From Dickeya solani IPO 2222 (GTDB lineage Bacteria > Pseudomonadota > Gammaproteobacteria > Enterobacterales > Enterobacteriaceae): 32,000 bases of DNA. Positions 1 through 8,655 of this stretch are shown here, piece after piece. The notes beneath the pieces were generated by a model. The model was given only the letters and a program-made list of their open reading frames with translations. It did not search any database and was not told where the DNA came from. Each line of letters begins with the position of its first letter. Position 1 is the stretch's first letter. The position numbers were made by a program, and so were the translations under genes. Location of the stretch: assembly GCF_001644705.1 (NCBI RefSeq), contig NZ_CP015137.1, positions 2,970,001 to 3,002,000 on the forward strand. Reading direction: 5' to 3'.

Positions 1-7
1 TTTTCTT

Positions 8-49
8 GTACGTGTGGGTGTAGATGTAGGTGTAGATGTAGATGTACGC
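8..49. repeat. imperfect hexanucleotide tandem array (gtacgt gtgggt gtagat gtaggt gtagat gtagat gtacgc)
   Basis: Read directly. The 12-mer gtgtagatgtag is duplicated at 18-29 and 30-41. Confidence 0.8.
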
Positions 50-85
50 GATAGTGTGCAGGAATAGAGCCCGGCGGTTATCGGT

Positions 86-105
86 GCGGCCCGGATGCGG
101 GCCGC
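86..105 (-). terminator. GC-rich stem-loop just downstream of the GH43 gene (gcggcccg-gatg-cgggccgc); no U-tract
   Basis: Perfect 8-bp stem with a 4-nt loop, 12 nt beyond the stop at 117-119. No T-run follows on the minus strand, so terminator function is uncertain. Confidence 0.3.
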
Positions 106-116
106 GTGATCGGCGT

Positions 117-1685
117 TCAGGGCGTAACGTGGAAAAAATCGATGTCGGCACGGCCCTGCCCACGCTGTTCCGGTAACGACAGCGCGTACAGCCCGATTTT
201 GGCCCCCACCCATTTCCCCGGCCCGGCGGCGAAAGGCTCCCCGACCGGGGTGAAACCGCCGTCAGGCGTGCGCCACGCGAACTGGCAACGCGCGTTCGGC
301 AGCACCGTCACCCGCAGTTCAAGCGTGTGTGCCTCCGCCCCAACAGGCCATGTCGGCCCGGCGTACTGGCGCAGTTCCTGCGCATCGGTCATCCAGCCAT
401 AGCCGCTTGTCAGCGCCACGCCGTCCGCCGTTTTTTCCAGCCCCAGAAAAGCGAAGCGCTCGCCGTAGACCATCAGCCCACAGCGATCGCCCACGTTTTC
501 CAGCGCCGCCTGCAGCCGGGTGGTGACCGTGAAGGTCTCCGCCGGGAATTTCTGCATCAGCAGGTTGGGAACGTCATACCAGGACGGTGCACCATGACGC
601 TGCGGCATCGGCTGGCAAAACAGCCGCAGCCCCGGACGACACAGTTCGTACCAGCCTGCATCGGGGTTGGCCTGCCATTGCCACTGCAGGCCGAGCCGGT
701 CGGCGGTGAAATCGTCAGAGGTCGCCGGTTGAGCGCGGATTTTGCCTGCGCTGACGGCGGGCATGGCCGCTTCCGCCACCGGTTCTCCCGGACCGCCGTC
801 GCCCGATTGCGCGCCGATCACCGGCCAGTCATCCTGCCATTGCATCGGTTGCAGGTGTACGACGCGGCCGTAGGCGTGGCGATCCTGAAAATGCACGAAC
901 CAGCTCTCGCCGTTTTCCAACTCTACCCAGCCGCCCTGATGAGGGCCGTTAACGGCGGATCGCCCCTGATGCAGCGCCACGCGCGCCTGCCATGGCCCCT
1001 GTAGCGAAGCGGCGCGCAGCACCGTCTGCCAGCCGGTGGGCACGCCGCCGGCCGGGGCAAAAATGTAGTACCAACCGTGGCGCTTGTAGAGTTTGGGACC
1101 TTCCAGCGTCGGCTGACTGGCGGTACCGTCGACGATAATCCGGCCTTCATCCAGCAACTGGCGGCCGTCGCTGCTCATCCGGCACAGTTGTAGCTGGTGT
1201 TTACGCCCGCTGCGGCTGAAGGCAAAGGCGTGAACCAGCCAGGCGCTGCCGTCGTCGTCCCAGAATGGACAGGGATCGATCCAGCCTTTGCCCGGCTGCA
1301 CGCAATGCGGCGCGCTCCAGTCGCTGCGCGGATCGTCGGCCTGACACATGAAGATCCCTTCGTCCGGCGTGCTGAAAAACACCCAAAATTTCCCGGCATG
1401 GTAGCGGATGCTGGGCGCCCAGACGCCTTTTCCCGGTTGAAACCGCTCGTAACCCGGCAGGTCGAAACGTGCAAACACATGGTTGATCAGCGTCCAGTTC
1501 ACCAGATCCCGCGAATGCAGGATCGGCAGCGCCGGCATATGGTTAAAGCTGGACGACACCAGGTAAATATCCTCGCCCACCCGCACGATGTCGGGGTCGG
1601 AATAGTCGGCGAACAAAATGGGGTTACGGTAGCGGCCGTCGCCCCGATCCGGGTTCCAGGGGGATGCTGTCAGTGAAGGTTCCAT
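117..1685 (-). CDS. glycoside hydrolase family 43 beta-xylosidase/alpha-L-arabinofuranosidase (522 aa)
   Basis: N-terminus NPILFADYSDPDIVRVGEDIYLVSSSF is typical of GH43 XynB/YagH-type enzymes. The length fits a catalytic propeller plus a C-terminal beta-sandwich. AAGGAG lies 9 nt upstream of the ATG. It sits 23 nt downstream of a GPH symporter gene. Confidence 0.9.
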   Translation of the reverse strand: MEPSLTASPWNPDRGDGRYRNPILFADYSDPDIVRVGEDIYLVSSSFNHMPALPILHSRDLVNWTLINHVFARFDLPGYERFQPGKGVWAPSIRYHAGKFWVFFSTPDEGIFMCQADDPRSDWSAPHCVQPGKGWIDPCPFWDDDGSAWLVHAFAFSRSGRKHQLQLCRMSSDGRQLLDEGRIIVDGTASQPTLEGPKLYKRHGWYYIFAPAGGVPTGWQTVLRAASLQGPWQARVALHQGRSAVNGPHQGGWVELENGESWFVHFQDRHAYGRVVHLQPMQWQDDWPVIGAQSGDGGPGEPVAEAAMPAVSAGKIRAQPATSDDFTADRLGLQWQWQANPDAGWYELCRPGLRLFCQPMPQRHGAPSWYDVPNLLMQKFPAETFTVTTRLQAALENVGDRCGLMVYGERFAFLGLEKTADGVALTSGYGWMTDAQELRQYAGPTWPVGAEAHTLELRVTVLPNARCQFAWRTPDGGFTPVGEPFAAGPGKWVGAKIGLYALSLPEQRGQGRADIDFFHVTP

Positions 1686-1708
1686 GTAGCTCTTCTCCTT
1701 AACTACGA

Positions 1709-3160
1709 TCAGGCCGCGCCACGCGGGGTCAGATGGGGATTGACGCCGTCTTCCTGCTCTGTCGTCGGCTGCGGCGCGGCGTGACGGCGTGCGAGGTCGG
1801 CCTGGATCTGTTCCATGGTCTTGTCATCCAGTTTATAGAAACGCGTCAGCCAGTACAGAATCAGGTAAGACAGCGACGGGCCGATACTCAGCAGGCCGAT
1901 GATGCCGGTGGTGGCAAGCGACGTCTGGGTGGTCGACCCCGCCACATAGCCGAACCAGCCCAGGGCGAACCCGACCAGTGCCCCGGCGACCGCCATTCCC
2001 AGCTTGAGAGCGAACAGATTGCCGGAGAAAGACAGCCCGGTGATGCGGCGGCCGGTTTTCCATTCGCCGTAGTCGGCGGCGTTAGCCATCATGTTCCACT
2101 TAAACGGTTGATACATCTGGTGGAAAAAACCGATCAGAAAATAGAGCGGAAACACCACCGCAAGCCAGGTGGGCGGCACCAGAAACAGCACCACGCCGGT
2201 AGCGACCAGCAGCAGGTTGATGTTTTTGAACAGGCTAAGGCTGCGGTAGCGTTTGGCGAAATAACCGGCCAGCATGGCGCCGATAATGGTGCCGACCACG
2301 CTGGTGGTGATAAACGCGCTTTTCATCGCGGTGCCGGCGGGGCCGCTGTGCTCCAGGCCGGCCATCAGGTAGGTGGCGTAGTACAGCGTGGCCGCGCCGC
2401 GCATCACGCCCGCCATACTGGAGAAAAAGGTGATGACGGCGACGATGCGCCACTGGTCGTTACTCAGCAGGCTTTTCACATCGTCCCAAACGTTCTGCCC
2501 TTGATCCACCCGCGGATTGATCCGCTCCTGCGTGGTGAAAAAGCAAAAAATCAGCATGATGACGGCCAGTACGCCCATTATCGCCATGGTGCCCTGATAA
2601 CCGAGCTGTTTATCACCGTGGCCGATCCAGTCCACCAGCCACAGGGTCCCCACCGACACCAGCAGCCCGGCGGCGGAGGAAATGGTGAAGCGGTAAGACT
2701 GGGCGGAAAGCCGGTCTTTTTCGTCGGTGGTGATGACCCCGCCCAGCGAACAGTAGGGAATGTTGATAAAGGTGTAGAACATCATCAGCAGGGTGTAGGT
2801 AATGTAGGCGTAAACCAGTTTCCCGGTGCCGGTCAGGTCCGGCGTGGTGTAGGTCAGAACAGCAATGACGGCGTACGGGACCGCGAACCAGATGAGCCAG
2901 GGGCGAAAATGTCCCCAGCGGGTGCGGGTTCGGTCGGCCAGCAGGCCGATCATGGGGTCGATGACGGCGTCCAGTACGCGGGTTACCAGAAACATCACGC
3001 CTACCGCTGCCGCGGAAATGCCGTAAATATCGGTATAAAAATAGGTCAGGAACATGGTTACCGAGGAGTAGACGATGCCGCAGGCCGCGTCTCCCATACC
3101 GAAACCGATTTTTTCCGCTGTGCTCAACTTATTATTGTTAATCATTTTATTGTTAGTCAT
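1709..3160 (-). CDS. glycoside-pentoside-hexuronide (GPH):cation symporter, xyloside-transporter-like (483 aa)
   Basis: Polytopic membrane protein with the GPH/MelB/YagG-type N-terminus LSTAEKIGFGMGDAACGIVYS and the motif DRTRTRWGHFRPW. GGAG lies 8 nt upstream of the ATG at 3160. Forms an operon with the GH43 gene. Confidence 0.9.
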   Translation of the reverse strand: MTNNKMINNNKLSTAEKIGFGMGDAACGIVYSSVTMFLTYFYTDIYGISAAAVGVMFLVTRVLDAVIDPMIGLLADRTRTRWGHFRPWLIWFAVPYAVIAVLTYTTPDLTGTGKLVYAYITYTLLMMFYTFINIPYCSLGGVITTDEKDRLSAQSYRFTISSAAGLLVSVGTLWLVDWIGHGDKQLGYQGTMAIMGVLAVIMLIFCFFTTQERINPRVDQGQNVWDDVKSLLSNDQWRIVAVITFFSSMAGVMRGAATLYYATYLMAGLEHSGPAGTAMKSAFITTSVVGTIIGAMLAGYFAKRYRSLSLFKNINLLLVATGVVLFLVPPTWLAVVFPLYFLIGFFHQMYQPFKWNMMANAADYGEWKTGRRITGLSFSGNLFALKLGMAVAGALVGFALGWFGYVAGSTTQTSLATTGIIGLLSIGPSLSYLILYWLTRFYKLDDKTMEQIQADLARRHAAPQPTTEQEDGVNPHLTPRGAA

Positions 3161-3272
3161 TGGAAACTCCGATGATGGATAAGAGCAGCGTTTGCTCCGT
3201 TCCCGCTTATTGTTGTGGTTAGTTGAACGGGTGACTATTGCGGAATTTCTTATGCTGGTTACGTTTACTGGT

Positions 3273-3294
3273 ATCTGTTATACCGCTCACGAAT
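3273..3294. promoter_or_regulatory. candidate CRP site (TGTTA-N6-TCACG) upstream of the xyloside operon
   Basis: 8/10 match to the TGTGA-N6-TCACA core, about 120 bp upstream of the symporter ATG in an AT-rich promoter region. Confidence 0.3.
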
Positions 3295-3398
3295 TTATCG
3301 GGTAGGAGAGGGCGAACGACAGTAAAGATAGGTGTTTTTACTTTTAAATACAGTCTATTAACCTGTCAGTCAGGTGGTGGGTTGGTATAACAATATTT

Positions 3399-3441
3399 TG
3401 GCCTTTGGCCTATCTTGTGGCCTTTGGCCTGTCCTGTGGCC
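3399..3441. repeat. 19-bp tandem repeat x2 plus a partial copy (tggcctttggcctatcttg / tggcctttggcctgtcctg / tggcc)
   Basis: Read directly. The two units differ at 2 positions and each contains TGGCC twice. Confidence 0.85.
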
Positions 3442-3577
3442 GCCGGCAGCCTGCGAGCTGGCCGGGAACAGTATGCCGGTCAGGCACGCCCGGCAGCGAT
3501 CCGGTTAGCGGCTCATTATGGTGTTTGCGGCGGCGAAGCGGTGCCGCGATCGACCCGGGAAACCGGCCTGACCGTCA

Positions 3578-3817
3578 TTATTCCGGCGTCAGCCATTCGT
3601 CGGCTTCGTTAAACATCTCTTCGATAATCCGGTTAATGGTGGATTTGTCCTGTTTGCTGGCGTTGGAGTTGATGGCGTTGGCTTGCATCGGTTTTACCTT
3701 GATTTCCGCGTCCGGAAAGACCCGATTAATGCGTTTGGCGAGTTCGTTTTTAATTTGCTCCGCCGCGTTGGGTAACCCGCTCACGTTTCTTTTATCGTAA
3801 ACCAACTCTACGTACAT
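3578..3817 (-). CDS. dinI: DNA damage-inducible protein DinI (79 aa)
   Basis: Aligns end to end with E. coli DinI (FPD motif; C-terminus KQDKSTINRIIEEMFNEADEWLTPE versus KEDKQRISEILQETWESADDWFVSE). Start moved from 3832 to 3817 (MYVELVYDK aligns with MRIEVTIAK), with GGAG 9 nt upstream. A LexA box lies upstream. Confidence 0.9.
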   Translation of the reverse strand: MYVELVYDKRNVSGLPNAAEQIKNELAKRINRVFPDAEIKVKPMQANAINSNASKQDKSTINRIIEEMFNEADEWLTPE

Positions 3818-3838
3818 TAGCTGCATCTCCATGAAAAA

Positions 3839-3858
3839 TACTGGCTAAATATACAGCT
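3839..3858 (-). promoter_or_regulatory. LexA (SOS) box, CTG-N10-CAG
   Basis: The minus strand reads AGCTGTATATTTAGCCAGTA, a close match to TACTGTATATATATACAGTA. It lies 22-41 nt upstream of the dinI ATG. Confidence 0.8.
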
Positions 3859-4147
3859 TTCATTCGGGGATCCGCAATCGGTTTTTTTAGGATCAATCCC
3901 TGACGGGGTCAGTCAGCGAACGTTTTTTCCATGTAAACACTGAGTGGGTCATCGCCGTAAGGAAAGGACGGGCCGCGCAGGCAATAGACCATGACGGGTG
4001 ATGAGCTGGCATCACGGGCTCCCTATTAACCAATAACCGGCTCACTATTTCATCTAATGCCATGATAAAAAAGGGGAATAAGCAGTATGGATGGTTGCGG
4101 AAAACCGTGGTATTAAACCCTCTTCAGTCATCAACAAGGAGTGACGT

Positions 4148-4543
4148 ATGACCACATTACGCGTGGCGCGGCCGGTAACGGATCTGCAGCGAAGCGAGCG
4201 GATGTACTGTGATGGGCTAGGGTTGCAGAAATTAGGCTCGTTTGCGCAACACGACGGCTTCAGTGGTGTTATGCTGGGTCGGCAGGGGCTGGCCTGGCAC
4301 CTTGAGTTTACCGTTTGTCATACTCATCCGGTCATGCCAGCGCCGACGGAAGACGATTTACTGGTGCTGTACGTTTCCGACCATGAGCAGTGGCAAACGT
4401 CCTGCGATCGCATGGTGCAGGCCGGGTTCAGCGTGGTGGCGTCATTTAATCCTTACTGGGAGCGGCAGGGCAAAACTTTCCGTGATCCCGACGGTTACCG
4501 GGTGGTGTTGCAGCAAGGGCGCTGGCCGAATGCCGACTTATAA
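4148..4543 (+). CDS. VOC (glyoxalase/bleomycin-resistance/dioxygenase) family protein (131 aa)
   Basis: Size and pattern are typical of single-domain VOC proteins (VTDLQRSERMYCDGLGL...LEFT...FRDPDGYRVVL). AAGGAG lies 7 nt upstream. Confidence 0.8.
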   Translation: MTTLRVARPVTDLQRSERMYCDGLGLQKLGSFAQHDGFSGVMLGRQGLAWHLEFTVCHTHPVMPAPTEDDLLVLYVSDHEQWQTSCDRMVQAGFSVVASFNPYWERQGKTFRDPDGYRVVLQQGRWPNADL

Positions 4544-4557
4544 CGAAGAGAATAACC

Positions 4558-4842
4558 ATGTATATCATAAGTTTGACGTACAACGCGCCGCTGGATGAAG
4601 TGGAAAACTTGCTGGAAAAGCACGTGACCTGGCTGAAACGGGGATATGAACAAGGTGTGTTTGTGGCGTCCGGGCGCAAAAATCCCCGTACCGGGGGGGT
4701 GATTCTGGCCAAGAGCGTCGGACGGGAAGAGCTGGATGATTTTTTAAAGCAGGATCCGTTTCAGGCGGTGGCCAGCTACGAGGTAATCGATTTCCAGCCG
4801 TCGATGACCATTGATGCCTTCGCGGCCCTCAGCCGCATCTGA
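4558..4842 (+). CDS. YciI-family protein (94 aa)
   Basis: About 95 aa with a YciI-like pattern (VASGRKNPRTGGVILAK...DPF...YEVIDFQP). Lies 14 nt after the VOC gene, probably in the same operon. Confidence 0.7.
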   Translation: MYIISLTYNAPLDEVENLLEKHVTWLKRGYEQGVFVASGRKNPRTGGVILAKSVGREELDDFLKQDPFQAVASYEVIDFQPSMTIDAFAALSRI

Positions 4843-4849
4843 GTAACAG

Positions 4850-4880
4850 GCTCCGGTATGCGCCACGCGCGCGCCGGAGC
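4850..4880. terminator. stem-loop between convergent yciI-like and ddlA genes (gctccgg...ccggagc)
   Basis: 7-bp outer stem with an inner GCGC/GCGC pairing. No clear T-run on either strand. Confidence 0.3.
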
Positions 4881-4898
4881 GCATCCATCACTTGCGCA

Positions 4899-5999
4899 TC
4901 ATGCGCGCACCGAGCTTTGCAGATTGCTGTCCTGCGCGTGGCGCTCCAGCGCCAGTTCAATCAATTGGGTGATCAGAGCGGTATAGCCAAGCCCGCTGGC
5001 TTCCCACAGTTTCGGGTACATGCTGATGTTGGTGAAACCGGGCAGGGTGTTGACCTCGTTGACGACAACCTGTTGGTCCGGCGTCAGAAACACGTCTACC
5101 CGCGCCATGCCCTGGCAGTCCAGCGTCTGGAACGCCCGCAGGGCGATATCGCGGATATGCTGGTGCACCCCGTCGTCCATCGCCGCCGGAATCGCTACTC
5201 CCGCGCCGTCTTCGTTGATGTATTTGGTGTCGTAGGAGTAGAACTCGTCGTGCAGCACGATTTCGCCGCAGACGCTGGCTTTCGGGTAGTCGTTGCCCAG
5301 CACCGCGCATTCGATTTCACGGCCGACAATCGCCGACTCCACCAGCACTTTGTGGTCGTAACGGAACGCCAGATCCACCGCCCGCTCGAATTCCGCCTGA
5401 TCGCGCACCTTGCTCACGCCGACGGAAGAGCCCTGATTGGCCGGTTTGACGAACAGCGGCAGGCCCAGTTGCGCCGTTATGCTGTCGTAGGGATGGCGGG
5501 CGCGGTTGGCGTGGGTCAGGGTGACGAACGGCGCCACTAGCAGGCCGGCGTCGCGCAGCAACCGCTTGGTGACGTCTTTGTCCATGCTGACGGCAGAACC
5601 CAGCACGCTGCTGCCGATAAACGGAATATTCGCCATGCGCAGTAACCCTTGCAGCGAACCGTCTTCGCCCAGCGTGCCGTGAACGATCGGGAAAATGACG
5701 TCAATCTGCGACAGCGCGCTGGCGCTGGCGGTGTCGATCAACTGATGGTGGGTTTGCCCCGGAATCAGCGCCACGTTTTGACTGGAGCGGTTTAAGGCGA
5801 TCAGCGCCGGGTTGTCGGCGTTGAGCAGGTAGTTGGAGGCGTCGTTGACGTGCCATTCCCCTTGCTTGTCGATGCCCAGCAACACCACATCGAACCGCGT
5901 TTTATCAATGGCGTCCACAATGTTTTTTGCGGACTGCAGTGACACTTCGTGCTCAGAGGATTTACCACCAAAAACCACGCCAACCCGAATTTTACTCAT
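4899..5999 (-). CDS. ddlA: D-alanine--D-alanine ligase A (366 aa)
   Basis: Collinear high similarity to E. coli DdlA ([29 protein letters not shown]..., [32 protein letters not shown]). Start trimmed to MSKIRVG at 5999, matching E. coli MEKLRVG, with GAAAGAG upstream. The ORF-track start at 6017 has no RBS. Confidence 0.93.
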   Translation of the reverse strand: MSKIRVGVVFGGKSSEHEVSLQSAKNIVDAIDKTRFDVVLLGIDKQGEWHVNDASNYLLNADNPALIALNRSSQNVALIPGQTHHQLIDTASASALSQIDVIFPIVHGTLGEDGSLQGLLRMANIPFIGSSVLGSAVSMDKDVTKRLLRDAGLLVAPFVTLTHANRARHPYDSITAQLGLPLFVKPANQGSSVGVSKVRDQAEFERAVDLAFRYDHKVLVESAIVGREIECAVLGNDYPKASVCGEIVLHDEFYSYDTKYINEDGAGVAIPAAMDDGVHQHIRDIALRAFQTLDCQGMARVDVFLTPDQQVVVNEVNTLPGFTNISMYPKLWEASGLGYTALITQLIELALERHAQDSNLQSSVRA

Positions 6000-6186
6000 A
6001 TCACTCTTTCCATTCATGGGATCGTTGTACTGTCTACCGCCTGATAAGACGTCATTTGACCTGTGGTTGCAAGAGTATCATTTCGTGCCGCAACGCGGGA
6101 CTTTTTTCCGGTCGCCGGCAGCAGCGCCTTTCCGGTTTTGGCGCAAAAATTGCTCATTCGGAAGAAACGCGCAACAGGAGAAGGGT

Positions 6187-7011
6187 ATGCGTACCGGTTC
6201 AACGTCGCTGGCGGTCAGGCCGCTGCAGCCCTGGTTTGTGATCAATGCCGCCGAAGACTATCTGAAAAAGGCGCTTATCGACTCGCCGATTGCGCATTTT
6301 TACTGTTTTTCCGTCGCCAGAGAACAGCCGGTGACGCTGGCGGTGCCGGACGGCAGCGTAGATATCCTGTTCAACATCAGTCGTAACGCGCCGTTTGGGC
6401 GGGTATGCGGCAGCACCGAAGCGGCGCAGGCGACCCGGCTCAGCCCCGGCGAACGTTACTTCGGCGTACGCTTTATGCCGGGCGTGATGCCGGCGTTTCT
6501 TGATCTGTCCGCCGGCGAGCTGGCCGGGCAGGAAATTGCGTTTCAGGACGCGGCGCCCGGCGCCGGGCGGCTGGTGGAGCGGCTGGCCGACAGCCGGGAT
6601 TTCGGTGAACAGGTGTCGCTGTTTCTGGCTTATTTTTCCCGCCAGATGGATCGGGTTTCCCCGCCGTTGCTGTTGCAGATGATCGATTTGATCATGGCGC
6701 ACGACGGGGTGATCCGGGTCGAACAACTGGAGCGAAAAACCCTCTATTCCGCCCGTTATATCCACCGTTTGTTTCACGACCACTGCGGCATGTCCACCAA
6801 GGCGTTTTGCCGCACCATCCGTTTTCAGCGTGCGCTGTCGCTGCTTAATCAGGGCGACGCGCAGAACATGGCGATGCTGGCTCAGCGGCTCGGCTATGCC
6901 GACCAATCGCATTTCCTGCGCGAATTCAAGGATTTCGCTTCCTGCTCGCCCAAAGCCTATCTGGCGGGGATTCAGGCCATTCGCTATCAGCACCGCATCC
7001 GGCAGTGCTGA
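6187..7011 (+). CDS. AraC/XylS-family transcriptional regulator (274 aa)
   Basis: C-terminal double HTH signature (LAQRLGYADQSHFLREFKDFASCSPKAYL). AGGAG lies 8 nt upstream of the ATG at 6187. The ORF-track start at 5833 lies inside ddlA and was rejected. Confidence 0.85.
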   Translation: MRTGSTSLAVRPLQPWFVINAAEDYLKKALIDSPIAHFYCFSVAREQPVTLAVPDGSVDILFNISRNAPFGRVCGSTEAAQATRLSPGERYFGVRFMPGVMPAFLDLSAGELAGQEIAFQDAAPGAGRLVERLADSRDFGEQVSLFLAYFSRQMDRVSPPLLLQMIDLIMAHDGVIRVEQLERKTLYSARYIHRLFHDHCGMSTKAFCRTIRFQRALSLLNQGDAQNMAMLAQRLGYADQSHFLREFKDFASCSPKAYLAGIQAIRYQHRIRQC

Positions 7012-7274
7012 CGTCTTCGCCCGCGCGCGGCGTCCCATCCCTCTTCACCCCTCTCACTGAGGTACCGGGTCGACGGGCATGTCTGGCAGGTTGCACTGCG
7101 GACGGGCCGTTCGCGTTTGTTGCCTTTTTTTAGTGCGAAATTGCACCAAAACAACGCCGGTTCTGCACCGTGGCCTGTGCCGATTTGTTCTATTTTCCCA
7201 CCCCGTCGTCCCGCTATAAACAGCTCACAGAACGTGTTTCTTTTCTTCATCAATCAGAGTTGAACGAGGGTGTT

Positions 7275-8645
7275 ATGGCGGATGCAAAAAAGGTAGTACC
7301 GGGGTTCTATACCATTGACGATGCTATCGCGCTGGATGGCAAAACAACGCGGGAACTGCAACTGACCCACCTGAACCGCATGCGGTCGCTGGACGGGCAT
7401 GCCAAGTATTTCGTACGGGCGGAAGGCAGCACCTTTATCGACGACAACGGCGACAAACATCTGGATATGATCGGCGCGGTCGGCGTGGTGACGGTCGGCA
7501 ACAACAACGAGTTTGTCTGGTCCTGCCTGCAGAAGTGTTTCGACAACCGCCTGTTCATGATGGGCGCCATCTCTTACCACAACGTCACGGCGGCGCTGGC
7601 GCACAACATGGCGCTGCTGTCGCCGCAGGGCAAACTCACCAAGATGGGCACCGCCACCGGCGGCGCGGAAGCCATCGAAGGCATGATCAAACTGGTGAAA
7701 CTCGGCACCCGCCACAAACCGGAGAAAACCCACCTGCTGGCGACGCTCGGCGCGTTTCACGGCAAGACCTCCGGCGCGGTGTCGCTGGGCGGCAAGGACA
7801 AATGGCGCTTCGGTCAGCAGCCGACGCTCGGCAACATCGACCACGTGACCTACGGTTCGGTCGACGAACTGGCGGCGGCGCTGGCTACCGGCAAGTACAA
7901 GGCGTTTGTGGTAGAGCCGATTCAGGGCGAAGGCGGCATTTTGGTGCCGCCGGCCGGTTACCTGAAAGCCGTGCGTGAACTGTGTGACCGTTACGACACG
8001 CTGTTGGTACTGGATGAAATCCAGTGCGGCGCGGCGCGTACCGGTAAATTCTGGTGCTGCGAGCACGATGACGTGGTGCCTGATTGCATCGTGTTCGCCA
8101 AGGGGTTGTCCGGCGGGCTGGTGCCGTTCGGCGGTTATCTCTGTACCGAAGCATTGTACGAAGCGGCTTACGGCACGATCGAAACCTGCTATCACCACAC
8201 CGCCACCTATCAGGAAAACACCCTCAGCGCAGCGGCGGCGCTGGGCGCGTTGCAGTTCATCGTGGAGCACGACCTGTGCGGCATGGCGGAACGCAAGGGC
8301 GCGCGCATGATGCAGCGGCTGCGCGAGGTACAGGCGCGCTACCCCGGTGTGATCCGCGAGGTGCGCGGCAAAGGGCTGATGATCGGCATGGAATTTTGCC
8401 CGATGCCGGAAGCGCTGCGCGCGACGTTCGGCGACTACTACTCCGCGCCCATCGCCGGCCTGATGGTGGAGAAATGGCGTATTCAGGTGAATTTCACCAT
8501 TAATAATCTGGCGGTGTTCCGTTTCCTGCCGCCGCTGACCATCACCGACGAGGAACTGGATTACGCGCTGGATGCCTTCGACGCCTCGGTGGCGCAGGTG
8601 GTCGAGCAGGTGAAAGCCGCTGTTCTGTCGGCGACGCCAGCGTGA
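7275..8645 (+). CDS. class-III (aspartate aminotransferase fold type I) PLP-dependent aminotransferase (456 aa)
   Basis: LDEIQCGAARTGKFW (DEVQTG-GRTG-type motif) and FAKGLSGG (PLP-lysine context). GAGG lies upstream of the ATG at 7275. The ORF-track start at 7170 has no RBS. Confidence 0.88.
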   Translation: MADAKKVVPGFYTIDDAIALDGKTTRELQLTHLNRMRSLDGHAKYFVRAEGSTFIDDNGDKHLDMIGAVGVVTVGNNNEFVWSCLQKCFDNRLFMMGAISYHNVTAALAHNMALLSPQGKLTKMGTATGGAEAIEGMIKLVKLGTRHKPEKTHLLATLGAFHGKTSGAVSLGGKDKWRFGQQPTLGNIDHVTYGSVDELAAALATGKYKAFVVEPIQGEGGILVPPAGYLKAVRELCDRYDTLLVLDEIQCGAARTGKFWCCEHDDVVPDCIVFAKGLSGGLVPFGGYLCTEALYEAAYGTIETCYHHTATYQENTLSAAAALGALQFIVEHDLCGMAERKGARMMQRLREVQARYPGVIREVRGKGLMIGMEFCPMPEALRATFGDYYSAPIAGLMVEKWRIQVNFTINNLAVFRFLPPLTITDEELDYALDAFDASVAQVVEQVKAAVLSATPA

Positions 8646-8655
8646 GGAGAGAGCG

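Noticed and set aside
1733-3175. 480-aa plus-strand ORF
   Set aside because: It is antisense to the GPH symporter gene. The composition is an Arg/Gly/His-rich artefact with no recognisable domain.
3405-3800. 131-aa plus-strand ORF
   Set aside because: It is antisense to dinI over its second half. The first half lies in the repeat and GC-rich spacer. No RBS and no recognisable family.
5833-6186. N-terminal 118-codon extension of the AraC-family ORF
   Set aside because: It overlaps the ddlA coding region and promoter on the opposite strand. It has no RBS at 5833, whereas AGGAG precedes the ATG at 6187.
7084-7095. TGGCAGGTTGCA, resembling a sigma54 -24/-12 promoter, upstream of the aminotransferase gene
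   Set aside because: The GG-to-GC spacing is about 8 nt instead of the required ~12 nt (TGGCAC-N5-TTGC), so it cannot be a functional -24/-12 element.
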